A stretch of DNA of 64,000 bases from an uncultured Candidatus Poseidoniales archaeon (GTDB taxonomy: Archaea > Thermoplasmatota > Poseidoniia > Poseidoniales > Thalassarchaeaceae): the NCBI GenBank assembly GCA_964647665.1, contig CAZYIX010000002.1, positions 120,722 to 184,721 on the forward strand, given 5' to 3'. This document shows positions 10,298 to 19,037 of this stretch, piece by piece. The notes below the pieces were generated by a model, which saw only the letters and a program-made list of their open reading frames with translations, was not told the origin of the DNA and did not search any database. The position numbers and the translations under genes were made by a program. How positions within the stretch are numbered: position 1 is the first letter of the stretch; each line of letters starts with the position of its first letter.

Positions 10298-11459
10298 CCA
10301 TCAGCAAGGGGAAACAACCATCCTCCTGTGCCTCACGTTAATTCTCATGCCGCTAGTCGAGGACGCCATGGATGAGTCAACTCCATGGCTCACTGCTCAA
10401 CTACAACAACGGTTTACTCATCGAAATGGAGTGATTGCTGATTCAAGAGCAGGAAATGAGTTGACCTGGTTGGTCGCACTTCCAACATTCGAGGGTTGGT
10501 TCACCTCCCTTGAAGAAATCCTCACCATGACGCTAGGTAGGAGGCTTGCGCATGCTGCGGCTGAATCAGAGGAGTGGTATTGGCGACTTACTGAAAATGA
10601 GTTGCCTGAACCTTGGTTCAAAAAACAACAGAAGCGAATGTCGGTCATCAATGCGGATTGGGCTTTACGCGGGCATGGACAGATGCAATTTCTCAATACA
10701 ACTGATTCCACCGATTCTGTGTTGGTTGCCCACCGCTCCCATACATCTCTTGCAGCTGGTATGGCCAACGCAGCCTGGGAGCGTATCGAAGATAAGCGAA
10801 CAAGATTCCAATGGTCTGACAGAGGTGCTTCCGAAACCATCATCGAAGCCGAATACGATGCAAGAAACATCCCTGCTCCTACACCGACAAGCCCAAGTTG
10901 GCAAGAAGTGGAAACATCCGCTGCAAGAAATGTTGACGCGGCCCATCCAATGGAGTTGGCTCGCCATGAGGCTGATGGGCTATGGACTGTCGAGGGTATA
11001 CGAATGATGACGCTCCACCGTGATGTGCTTCTACGATTTGAATCGCTGGCTATTCCACACCTATCCGAAAGCGCTAGGGATACCGACCCGAGGACCAGTT
11101 GGACTGGTTTTAACGACACTGATACAGCGGTGTTTTGGGATGCCATTGCTGAGGCAACTCGAAAGCAATTCCATTCTTCTGGTGAGTTGGTGCTAATTGC
11201 TGAGGCTGTGCATTGGCTACATGTTTCTGCAGCACATCTCGGCTCGGCCGGGCTAGGAGAAGTAGTAAACGCTGAGTCAGTCGATAACCTCGGTGGAGTT
11301 AATCTCGACATTCCCATGTGCCCTCACCCTGCCCTTGCTGCCGGCATATTGCTAGGCTGCTGGGAGCGTTCAGAGGGTAGGCAAGGCAGATGCGAGTGGA
11401 GTTGCGGACCTGCAGGTCACATATTCGCCCTACGCAGTCGCCGTGAGGTCGCTGAATGA
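10278..11459 (+). CDS. Hypothetical soluble protein (393 aa), translationally coupled to the upstream membrane protein
   Basis: Its start overlaps the stop of the 7124-10297 ORF by 20 nt. Balanced Trp/acidic composition. The antisense 299-aa ORF (10418-11317) is Ser-rich and low-complexity, so is judged a shadow ORF. Confidence 0.45.
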   Translation: MMTTGTDHQQGETTILLCLTLILMPLVEDAMDESTPWLTAQLQQRFTHRNGVIADSRAGNELTWLVALPTFEGWFTSLEEILTMTLGRRLAHAAAESEEWYWRLTENELPEPWFKKQQKRMSVINADWALRGHGQMQFLNTTDSTDSVLVAHRSHTSLAAGMANAAWERIEDKRTRFQWSDRGASETIIEAEYDARNIPAPTPTSPSWQEVETSAARNVDAAHPMELARHEADGLWTVEGIRMMTLHRDVLLRFESLAIPHLSESARDTDPRTSWTGFNDTDTAVFWDAIAEATRKQFHSSGELVLIAEAVHWLHVSAAHLGSAGLGEVVNAESVDNLGGVNLDIPMCPHPALAAGILLGCWERSEGRQGRCEWSCGPAGHIFALRSRREVAE

Positions 11460-11493
11460 ACCGTTGAAACAAAGTAGTTTATTGAAACGATTT

Positions 11494-11512
11494 GTAGCAT
11501 AAAACGTGCTAC
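11494..11512. terminator. Hairpin GTAGCA-n7-TGCTAC preceded by a T-rich stretch, 35 nt downstream of the 10278-11459 gene
   Basis: Inverted repeat seen directly in the sequence, followed by an A/T-rich candidate promoter region (ATATTAA) upstream of the 11605 gene. Confidence 0.3.
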
Positions 11513-11604
11513 TGAGCGTGATATTAACTCGCACGCCTCTGCTGAACCATTAAAGGTGAAGCGTTAGGTCGCCGAAAAGTCTCAGGTGCTATACGCCCGC
11601 GGAG

Positions 11605-14600
11605 TTGAAATTAATGGGTCTAAATCACAACCAATGGGCTGTCGTCGCAATCGCTGCCACGATATGCTTGGCAGGAGTGTACACAGTCATCGCATCTGCC
11701 GGTGACACACTGAGTAGCGCTGGATACAAGGCAGGCGGAGATGATGTCCTGCCAGACCCTGATGAAACCCAGAAAGAGGCACAGGACTCAGATGGCGATG
11801 GTATTTCTGACCGAATGGAAAGAACTCAGTACGGTACTGACCCCCATCTGGAAGATACTGATGGAGATGGATTGACCGATGGGTGGGAAATCATGAATGG
11901 TCTCGATCCTCTCGATGACGGTGATGCCGACTTTGGTGAAATTATCAACAGCCAGAATCCGAATCAAGACGATGTCAACCCGGGAGAACAGAATGAAACA
12001 TTTCCCGACCCGGATAACGGCCCGCTCGGCGACCCTGATCGTGATGGCCTAGTTAACGAAGCTGAGGCCGCCCTGGGAACTAATCCGAATCTAGCGGACT
12101 CTGATGGAGATGGCCTAAACGACCGCTGGGAGGCTGAGCACATGGCAACCGTTGTCGGTGCTGATGGGCAGGCATTCACCCTGATTGACCCGTTATCCGG
12201 TAACTGGGATTGCTCTCTACTCACTCCCGAAAAGGAGGCTGAGGTTGAATTGGCTCTAGGAGAGGATGAATGGAATCGGCTTGCAGACCCCTACAACCGC
12301 CACTCTTGTGATGCTGTGCTCGACGTCGATACTGCTGGCGCCGACACCCTTCCAAACTACATCGAGGAAAGATTCGGTACCGACCCATGGTCCGATGATA
12401 GCGACAATGACCTGATAGGAGATGAGATCGAAGTGTCCTTTGGCCCGCTGTTGCTGACGAACCACTGTGGAGTCACCCAAATCAATCCGCCAACTCTACC
12501 CGCTCCATTCACTCACATTCTCGATGGCCCGGACGACTACAGTTGGTTTGTTGAGGATATGGATGGCGATGGCCGCTTGAATGGCCCAAGCGACTGGGAT
12601 ACCGATGGAGACGGTATGCCCGATGGATTCGAGTACTGCTTCGATGCCATTCTTGATGCTGCAAATGCTTCAGATGCATTTGGTGATGATGATGAAGACG
12701 GACTCAGCAACGCTGAGGAATATCAGGTAGCCTACACATGGGGGCCAGCAAATTTCACCAGCCCAACCAATCCAGATACCGATGGTGACGGAATGCCCGA
12801 TGGTTGGGAAGCAACCAACGGCTTGCACCCTGTAGATGGAAGTAACGGTGATTTAGACCCCGACCTCGATGGATTCGACAAAGATGGGGATGGCAAGGTC
12901 CGCATGTCCGAACTCACTGGCTTCGCGCGGGTTCACGCTATCTCGGTAGAAGTAATGGATTGGGTTGAGGCTAACCAAACCGTCGCATGGGCTCAGGTTA
13001 CAGTTGCTGGCGGCAACCGCGAGAATGTCCCCCTACATGCGCCTGTCAGCGGATATATTTACGACATCCCGGCACTGGACCTACTCAATGGTCCGTCTAG
13101 CGACAACGAAGTCACCAGCCGTACCTACGTCTGGATGGTTATTGTTGAGACCGATGAGATGTTCACCAATCTGATGGAATACAACGCCCGCGATACCGAT
13201 GGCGATGGAACTGCGGACGGGCGTTCTACCGACCCACTGAATCCCGACACTGATGGCGATGGTCTGAAAGATGGAATCGAGGTCATGGGTTGGGAGATTC
13301 TCGTGGTTAATCGTGGTGTTCGCACCATACTCGTCACTAGTGACCCCGGTCTATACGACACCGATGAGGACGGACTGAACGACAGTCGCGAATACTATCT
13401 TACTTACACAAACGCTTCCAACCCAGATACAGATGGAGACGGCCTTGAGGATTATACCGAAGCTGTTGATGGATTCATCTGGGATGGTCAACCCTACCAA
13501 ACCAATGCTAGCATGTTCGATACGGACAATGACGGCTTGGAAGATGGTGAGGAAGTCGTCTTGGGACTAGACCAGTATGTGACACACGCCAATAACTCGG
13601 ATACAGACAATGATACTCTATTGGATGGTCATGAGGTACTCTATATCCCGCGTCCATGGCAAAACCCGACCAACCCCTTGGTTAACGATACCGATGGAGA
13701 TGGCATGCTAGACGGATGGGAAATGCAGGTGGAATCAACGCAGGCAAATACCAAGACTCATTCTCTATGGATTTCAACCACCAATTGGATGGCACCTGGT
13801 TGTGAAGACCCGCAGCAGTGTACCAAGGCACCGGGAGGTTGGCTGTGGCGCAACAGCATCAGAGGATTCATCGGTGGAGAAGGTGATGCGGATGGCGATG
13901 GCACTGCCGACCCGAGGTATTTCATGCACGAAATGAATCTAACAGGATTTACACTACCAAGCAATGGTGGGCGCTGGGCCCTAGACCCCTCACTAGGAAG
14001 CGCTCCTGACGCATCGTATGACATTGATAATGACACTCTGACAAATGCCATGGAAGCACCAGACCGCTGGGACACAAACCCTGTTGATGATGATACAGAT
14101 CAAGACCGGTTGCCCGATGGCTGGGAAGTGTATTGGTCTGATGTTGCCCTATCACTAGGTATGATTTCAAACGGCACATTGGAGACACATGGTGCCCGAG
14201 GACCGATGGACCCGAGTATGATTGACAGTGACCTCGATGGCATCCCTGATGGCGAAGAGGATTTCGATAATGATGGCCTGAATAGAACCAGTCAACTCAA
14301 CAAGTATTGCCCATCGTACAATGACCCACAATCATACAATTGCCACATTGACCCGGAGACACCTGAAGGTTCTATATTCTACAGCGATCTAGAAAACTAC
14401 ACCAACTACGAGGAATTCTTAAACGGCACGTCTCCAGTATTGAACGATACTGATGGAGATAGCATGAATGATGGCCCTGAAGTTTACCACATGGACCACG
14501 ATTCAGATGGAATGTGGACTGGCTGGGAGTACTACTTCGACTTCGATCCTTTCGATGCCGCAGATGCGTTGATTGACTCAGATGGTGATAGTTACATCAA

Positions 14601-14688
14601 TCGCTGTGAAAACGAATGGAATACCAACCCCAAGGACTCCTCTTCCTTCCCGGGTCAGGGACAACACTGTGACCAGTTTGCTGGCTAA
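11605..14688 (+). CDS. Secreted/anchored acidic Ca-binding protein with many thrombospondin type-3-like (DxDxDG) repeats, 1027 aa
   Basis: N-terminal signal-anchor 'AVVAIAATICLAGVYTVIASA'. More than 12 copies of 'D(T/S)DGDG(L/M)xDGxE' motifs. Strongly acidic. Confidence 0.6.
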   Translation: MKLMGLNHNQWAVVAIAATICLAGVYTVIASAGDTLSSAGYKAGGDDVLPDPDETQKEAQDSDGDGISDRMERTQYGTDPHLEDTDGDGLTDGWEIMNGLDPLDDGDADFGEIINSQNPNQDDVNPGEQNETFPDPDNGPLGDPDRDGLVNEAEAALGTNPNLADSDGDGLNDRWEAEHMATVVGADGQAFTLIDPLSGNWDCSLLTPEKEAEVELALGEDEWNRLADPYNRHSCDAVLDVDTAGADTLPNYIEERFGTDPWSDDSDNDLIGDEIEVSFGPLLLTNHCGVTQINPPTLPAPFTHILDGPDDYSWFVEDMDGDGRLNGPSDWDTDGDGMPDGFEYCFDAILDAANASDAFGDDDEDGLSNAEEYQVAYTWGPANFTSPTNPDTDGDGMPDGWEATNGLHPVDGSNGDLDPDLDGFDKDGDGKVRMSELTGFARVHAISVEVMDWVEANQTVAWAQVTVAGGNRENVPLHAPVSGYIYDIPALDLLNGPSSDNEVTSRTYVWMVIVETDEMFTNLMEYNARDTDGDGTADGRSTDPLNPDTDGDGLKDGIEVMGWEILVVNRGVRTILVTSDPGLYDTDEDGLNDSREYYLTYTNASNPDTDGDGLEDYTEAVDGFIWDGQPYQTNASMFDTDNDGLEDGEEVVLGLDQYVTHANNSDTDNDTLLDGHEVLYIPRPWQNPTNPLVNDTDGDGMLDGWEMQVESTQANTKTHSLWISTTNWMAPGCEDPQQCTKAPGGWLWRNSIRGFIGGEGDADGDGTADPRYFMHEMNLTGFTLPSNGGRWALDPSLGSAPDASYDIDNDTLTNAMEAPDRWDTNPVDDDTDQDRLPDGWEVYWSDVALSLGMISNGTLETHGARGPMDPSMIDSDLDGIPDGEEDFDNDGLNRTSQLNKYCPSYNDPQSYNCHIDPETPEGSIFYSDLENYTNYEEFLNGTSPVLNDTDGDSMNDGPEVYHMDHDSDGMWTGWEYYFDFDPFDAADALIDSDGDSYINRCENEWNTNPKDSSSFPGQGQHCDQFAG

Positions 14689-14748
14689 ATTGTGTCAGAC
14701 CGCGATTTCGCCCCGTTTTGACTATTCACTTGAAGAATCGCATGGCCG

Positions 14749-16446
14749 ATGAAGCGGATTCCGACATACTTGAAAGCGGATGTAATGCGCCTTCATTACA
14801 TGAAGGCGGAGCGATGTGTTTGGCTCGCACTTGGTTTGGCCACCATCATGGCCTTGTCAAATGCGGTCAATATCAACGGGGGGCAAGACCTCAGCCTCAT
14901 GCCTTTCTCCACTGATGGCGTCGATGATGCCCCGGTAATCTCCATCGATGTTGCACAAGGGCTGATTCTGTTGCAGTCGCTGAATGTCACCGGGTTCTAT
15001 ATCGATGAGAATGAGCCTACTACCATCGATTGGCAGATTCACGATGGAGAGGGTACCTTGCTTAGTGGGGACCTCACAGAATCGCTTTCTGGAGCGATGT
15101 CTACACAGTCTGCTTCGAGAATGAAGTGGCTATGGAGTATCGATGTCAACATTACAGCAATAATTCCATGTTCATGTATCCTTGAGCTGACCGCGACTGA
15201 TTCACAAAACCAGAAAACTGTCGAGTGGCTGATTATCTTTGGCGATAAACTCGATTTTAACCTTCGACCTCAGGTACTTGTGACTGCTCCACTTTGGACC
15301 GATCATGTCTCTGAGGATTTTGAGGTCCGGGGCTTTGCCCTAGATGATGAAATGGCTTCACCAACAGTACAGTGGTCTCTTACACAGGACGAAACGGTAT
15401 CTGTTGCCTGCATGCAATCTTGGATACAGGTTTCAGACGATGTGGATTGGCAGAACTCAACATACACCTATGCATCGGATGGTGGGTTCACTTTCAATTT
15501 GGATTCAATTAATTTCGATGATGGCGCACACATCCTTCTTGTCAGAGCGGTTGATTCTACAGGCTCAACATCTAGAGTAGCCTGCGTGCCTGTTGGCATT
15601 AACAATCAGCCCCCAGTAGCCGTTATTAGAGGACCAGAAACAATAGTCGAGGACAATATATTCATCGAATTTGATGGAAGCAGTTCTGAGGACCCAATGT
15701 GGGGTCGAGGCTCGCTGATATTCGTCTGGACACTTGAGAAGGTCGATGGTGGGCTGGACGACAGGGTAATCGATAGCGGATTAGACAAACGCACCTTCAT
15801 GATTAGAGCAGATGATTCAGGACATTGGCGTCTATCATTGACGGTTGCTGACCAAGGAGGACTGACCGATATCGCCGTTCACGAATTCAATGTCAGCAAT
15901 GTCGCACCTATCGCAGCGTTACGCATCGATGGGCAGTTGATGGAAGATGGAAGCGAAGTAAGGCTGTCTGATTCAAAGCAGTGGCAACTCGATGCTACTG
16001 AATCGACTGATACGGCAAATGATGTTGGAGTATTGACCTATACCTGGTATATCGATGGGGAGCCACAAATGCTGGGGCCACAGCGATTCCTTACAAGACC
16101 CGACGATCTGAGTATGCCACATACCCTTTCTCTTGCGGTCAGTGATGATGATGGAGAGACCGATTGGGTCACCATCTCTTTCGGTGTGGCTGACACACCC
16201 TCAGACCCTATGCGAGGGCAGGGGGCTAACAGTCAACTCAACTTCGCAATCCAACTCGCTCTAGCATCGCTATTCCTTACTGGAGCGGTGATGGCGGTAG
16301 TACTGGTGACTCGGCGTGGAAAGTCAGGTATTTCTATCCCGAAATGGAAGACAAGGAAGCATCGTAATGAAGAATCGGATAAAGTGAATATTGACCAGAC
16401 CATTGATGTTGTAGATGATGGCGAAGGCGAACTCAACGATGACTGA
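14749..16446 (+). CDS. Cell-surface protein with PKD-like domains, C-terminal TM anchor and acidic cytoplasmic tail
   Basis: Signal peptide 'VWLALGLATIMALSNA'. 'FIEFDGSSSEDP' and 'LDATESTD...YTWYIDGE' resemble PKD-domain signatures. C-terminal 'LALASLFLTGAVMAVVLVTRRGKS' TM helix. Confidence 0.55.
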   Translation: MKRIPTYLKADVMRLHYMKAERCVWLALGLATIMALSNAVNINGGQDLSLMPFSTDGVDDAPVISIDVAQGLILLQSLNVTGFYIDENEPTTIDWQIHDGEGTLLSGDLTESLSGAMSTQSASRMKWLWSIDVNITAIIPCSCILELTATDSQNQKTVEWLIIFGDKLDFNLRPQVLVTAPLWTDHVSEDFEVRGFALDDEMASPTVQWSLTQDETVSVACMQSWIQVSDDVDWQNSTYTYASDGGFTFNLDSINFDDGAHILLVRAVDSTGSTSRVACVPVGINNQPPVAVIRGPETIVEDNIFIEFDGSSSEDPMWGRGSLIFVWTLEKVDGGLDDRVIDSGLDKRTFMIRADDSGHWRLSLTVADQGGLTDIAVHEFNVSNVAPIAALRIDGQLMEDGSEVRLSDSKQWQLDATESTDTANDVGVLTYTWYIDGEPQMLGPQRFLTRPDDLSMPHTLSLAVSDDDGETDWVTISFGVADTPSDPMRGQGANSQLNFAIQLALASLFLTGAVMAVVLVTRRGKSGISIPKWKTRKHRNEESDKVNIDQTIDVVDDGEGELNDD

Positions 16447-16511
16447 CCGGCTGCCGTAGGCGCCGTGTACATGCGAATGGCTCATGAAGGGCCGTCGGTT
16501 CGCATCCAAAC

Positions 16512-17840
16512 ATGTTCGGTGAGGAATCATCAACGCTAGGCGCAAGGCCATCAGGCATCACAGACGCTGAGCGTTCTCAGCGTCAGGCTGCATTCCTCGC
16601 TGAAATCGATACCGACAGTCTAGTATTGATTACCAACAATCCAACCGCTTCACGCAGCGCTGATGTCGACCACAGACACCGTGTAAACTCCTACCTTCTC
16701 TACCTCACTGGATGGACCGAACCCAATGGGGTAGTCGCATTCTACAACAACCAGAGTGAGTGGGTGTCTCGGCTCTACGTGATGCCCAGAGACATCCTGC
16801 GAGAAACTTGGGAAGGTCGCAGGCCGGGAGTTGAAGGAGCGTTGGCTGGCTGGCCAGTTGATGAGACGGTCAGCCGAGATGATATCGCCGAGGACCTAGC
16901 TGGTCTGTTGAGCAATTGTAACCGTGTCTATCACGTCAGTAGTCTCGACTCGGAAGTGGATAAGATAGTAGAAACAGCGTATGATGAGGACGAGTTGTGC
17001 GACCCTAGGCCAATCCTCGATGAAATGCGATTGCGCAAGAGTGAGGCTGAGATTGCATTGATGCAATACGCAGCCGAAATAGGTGCAATTGCTCACATCG
17101 AGGCTATGCGCAATTGCAAACCCTCGATGGGTGAATGGCAAATGCAAGCCATCCTAGAGGGTTGTTTCGTATATCACCAAAGTGAATGGGCCTACCCGAG
17201 CATAGTCGGCTCAGGCGACAATGCAACAATACTGCACTATGGTGAAAACTCCGACAAAATGAGCGATGGTGAAGTAGTGCTGATAGATGCAGGCTGTGAG
17301 GTAGATGGATATGCATGCGATATTACACGGTCATTCCCAGTCAATGGAAAATTCACAGATGATCAGCGCGCAATCTACGACCTTGTATTGAAATCGCAAC
17401 TTGCGGCAATTGATGCTGTGAAGGTCGGCGCACCTTACTCATCACCTCACCAAGCAGTATGTGAGGTCCTCGCTCAAGGTCTGATTAATCTTGGTATCCT
17501 CGAGGGGCCTCTGGAAGATGCGCTTGGCGAAGACGGAGTTCGTCAATTCTTCATGCATGGAACTGGACATTGGCTTGGTTTGGATGTTCATGATGTCGGA
17601 GGTACACGAATGTCCGATGATGAGGCCAAACTGGAATTTGAGCCGGGTATGGTTGTAACTATCGAGCCAGGTCTATACTTCGGGGCATGGCGAGATGACA
17701 TTACTATTGATGAGCGCTGGGGAGGAATCGGAATTCGCATTGAGGATGATGTACTGGTTACCGAAGATGGGCCGATTATTCTTACCGCCTCCTGCCCAAA
17801 ATCTGTTGAGGAAATCGAAGCACTAGTAGGATCTGCCTAG
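16512..17840 (+). CDS. Xaa-Pro aminopeptidase (M24B, aminopeptidase P family)
   Basis: 'HGTGHWLGLDVHDVGG' and 'GMVVTIEPGLY' metal-ligand motifs of the M24 pita-bread fold, plus the N-terminal creatinase-like domain. Confidence 0.8.
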   Translation: MFGEESSTLGARPSGITDAERSQRQAAFLAEIDTDSLVLITNNPTASRSADVDHRHRVNSYLLYLTGWTEPNGVVAFYNNQSEWVSRLYVMPRDILRETWEGRRPGVEGALAGWPVDETVSRDDIAEDLAGLLSNCNRVYHVSSLDSEVDKIVETAYDEDELCDPRPILDEMRLRKSEAEIALMQYAAEIGAIAHIEAMRNCKPSMGEWQMQAILEGCFVYHQSEWAYPSIVGSGDNATILHYGENSDKMSDGEVVLIDAGCEVDGYACDITRSFPVNGKFTDDQRAIYDLVLKSQLAAIDAVKVGAPYSSPHQAVCEVLAQGLINLGILEGPLEDALGEDGVRQFFMHGTGHWLGLDVHDVGGTRMSDDEAKLEFEPGMVVTIEPGLYFGAWRDDITIDERWGGIGIRIEDDVLVTEDGPIILTASCPKSVEEIEALVGSA

Positions 17841-17851
17841 GAGTTGAAAAC

Positions 17852-19030
17852 ATGAGTGATTGGAGAAATATTCTCAAGGACCAACGCCAACCTAATGCGG
17901 AGCGACTCAGTGTTGAGGATGCTACAACTCTGTATGAAGAAGCTGACTTGGCTGCACTGCGACAGGCTGCCCTTGAAAGGCGAAGACAAGTTGTCCCCGG
18001 TGGCTATGTGACCTACCTCATTGATAGGAATGTGAATTACACGAATGTATGCACCATCAACTGCCAATTCTGCTCGTTCTATCGACCCCCCGGCCATGCT
18101 GAAACATATACTCAGACCTACGAGGAAATTAGCCAACGATTCGCTGAGTTGGAGGCTGTGGATGGGGTCCGTGTTCTGATGCAGGGTGGAGTTAATCCTG
18201 ATCTGCAATTCGAATGGTATGAAGATTTGATTCGGTACCTTCGCAAGCAGCACCCAAGCATAGCACTAGATTGCTTCTCTCCAATTGAAATCGAGGGTAT
18301 CGCGGATGTCTGCGGACTTTCCACCCTGCAAGTGCTCTCTCGCCTCAAAGATGCTGGGATGCACGGATTACCTGGAGGTGGAGCTGAGATGTTGGTCGAT
18401 GATGTTCGCTTGGACATCTCGCCGAAGAAGGGCAGTGCCGAGAACTGGCTGAGGGTGATGCAGGAAGCCCAATCTATCGATTTGACCACCTCAGCAACCA
18501 ATGTAATTGGCTTCGGTGAGAGCGAGATGCATCGAGTCAAGCACATGGCTAGAATTCGAGATATGCAGGATGAGGCTCATGTCAAGGGCTGGCGCGGATT
18601 CACTTCATTTATCGCATGGCCAGTTCAACTAGAGAACAATGCCTTCGGCAGACGTAACCGCGGCAGAAATAGAATGGAGTTAGGTGTCGGCCCGACAGAG
18701 TATCTTCGCCACATTTCTATCTCGCGTCTATTCTTCGACAATATAGAACATATCCAAGCATCGTGGCCCACAATGGGGCTTGATGTAGCACAGATGGCTT
18801 TGTTCGGAGGTGCCGATGACGCTGGCTCAACTATGATGGAGGAGAACGTTGTATCGGCATCAGGTACTGAGAAAACCTGTGCATTAGAAGTCGAATTACA
18901 AGAGGCCATCATGCGTGCAGGATTCAGACCGGCGCGGCGCGACTCAGATTACAATCTGCTCGATACAGCAATCATCGTCACTGAGGCGAGCGAGTTGGCT
19001 GCACCCCCTGCAATCCAACCCACTTCTTGA
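17852..19030 (+). CDS. Radical SAM enzyme of the MqnC/MqnE/CofH family (futalosine-pathway menaquinone biosynthesis-like)
   Basis: 'NYTNVCTINCQFCSFY' gives the CxxxCxxC radical-SAM cluster motif in the MqnC/MqnE-type context. C-terminal 'ENVVSASGT' resembles this family. Confidence 0.6.
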   Translation: MSDWRNILKDQRQPNAERLSVEDATTLYEEADLAALRQAALERRRQVVPGGYVTYLIDRNVNYTNVCTINCQFCSFYRPPGHAETYTQTYEEISQRFAELEAVDGVRVLMQGGVNPDLQFEWYEDLIRYLRKQHPSIALDCFSPIEIEGIADVCGLSTLQVLSRLKDAGMHGLPGGGAEMLVDDVRLDISPKKGSAENWLRVMQEAQSIDLTTSATNVIGFGESEMHRVKHMARIRDMQDEAHVKGWRGFTSFIAWPVQLENNAFGRRNRGRNRMELGVGPTEYLRHISISRLFFDNIEHIQASWPTMGLDVAQMALFGGADDAGSTMMEENVVSASGTEKTCALEVELQEAIMRAGFRPARRDSDYNLLDTAIIVTEASELAAPPAIQPTS

Positions 19031-19037
19031 GGCAGTT

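Noticed and set aside
10418-11317. 299-aa minus-strand ORF inside the 10278-11459 plus-strand gene
   Set aside because: Ser/Ala/Cys-rich low-complexity translation typical of an antisense shadow ORF. Flanking genes are plus-strand and the plus frame is translationally coupled upstream.
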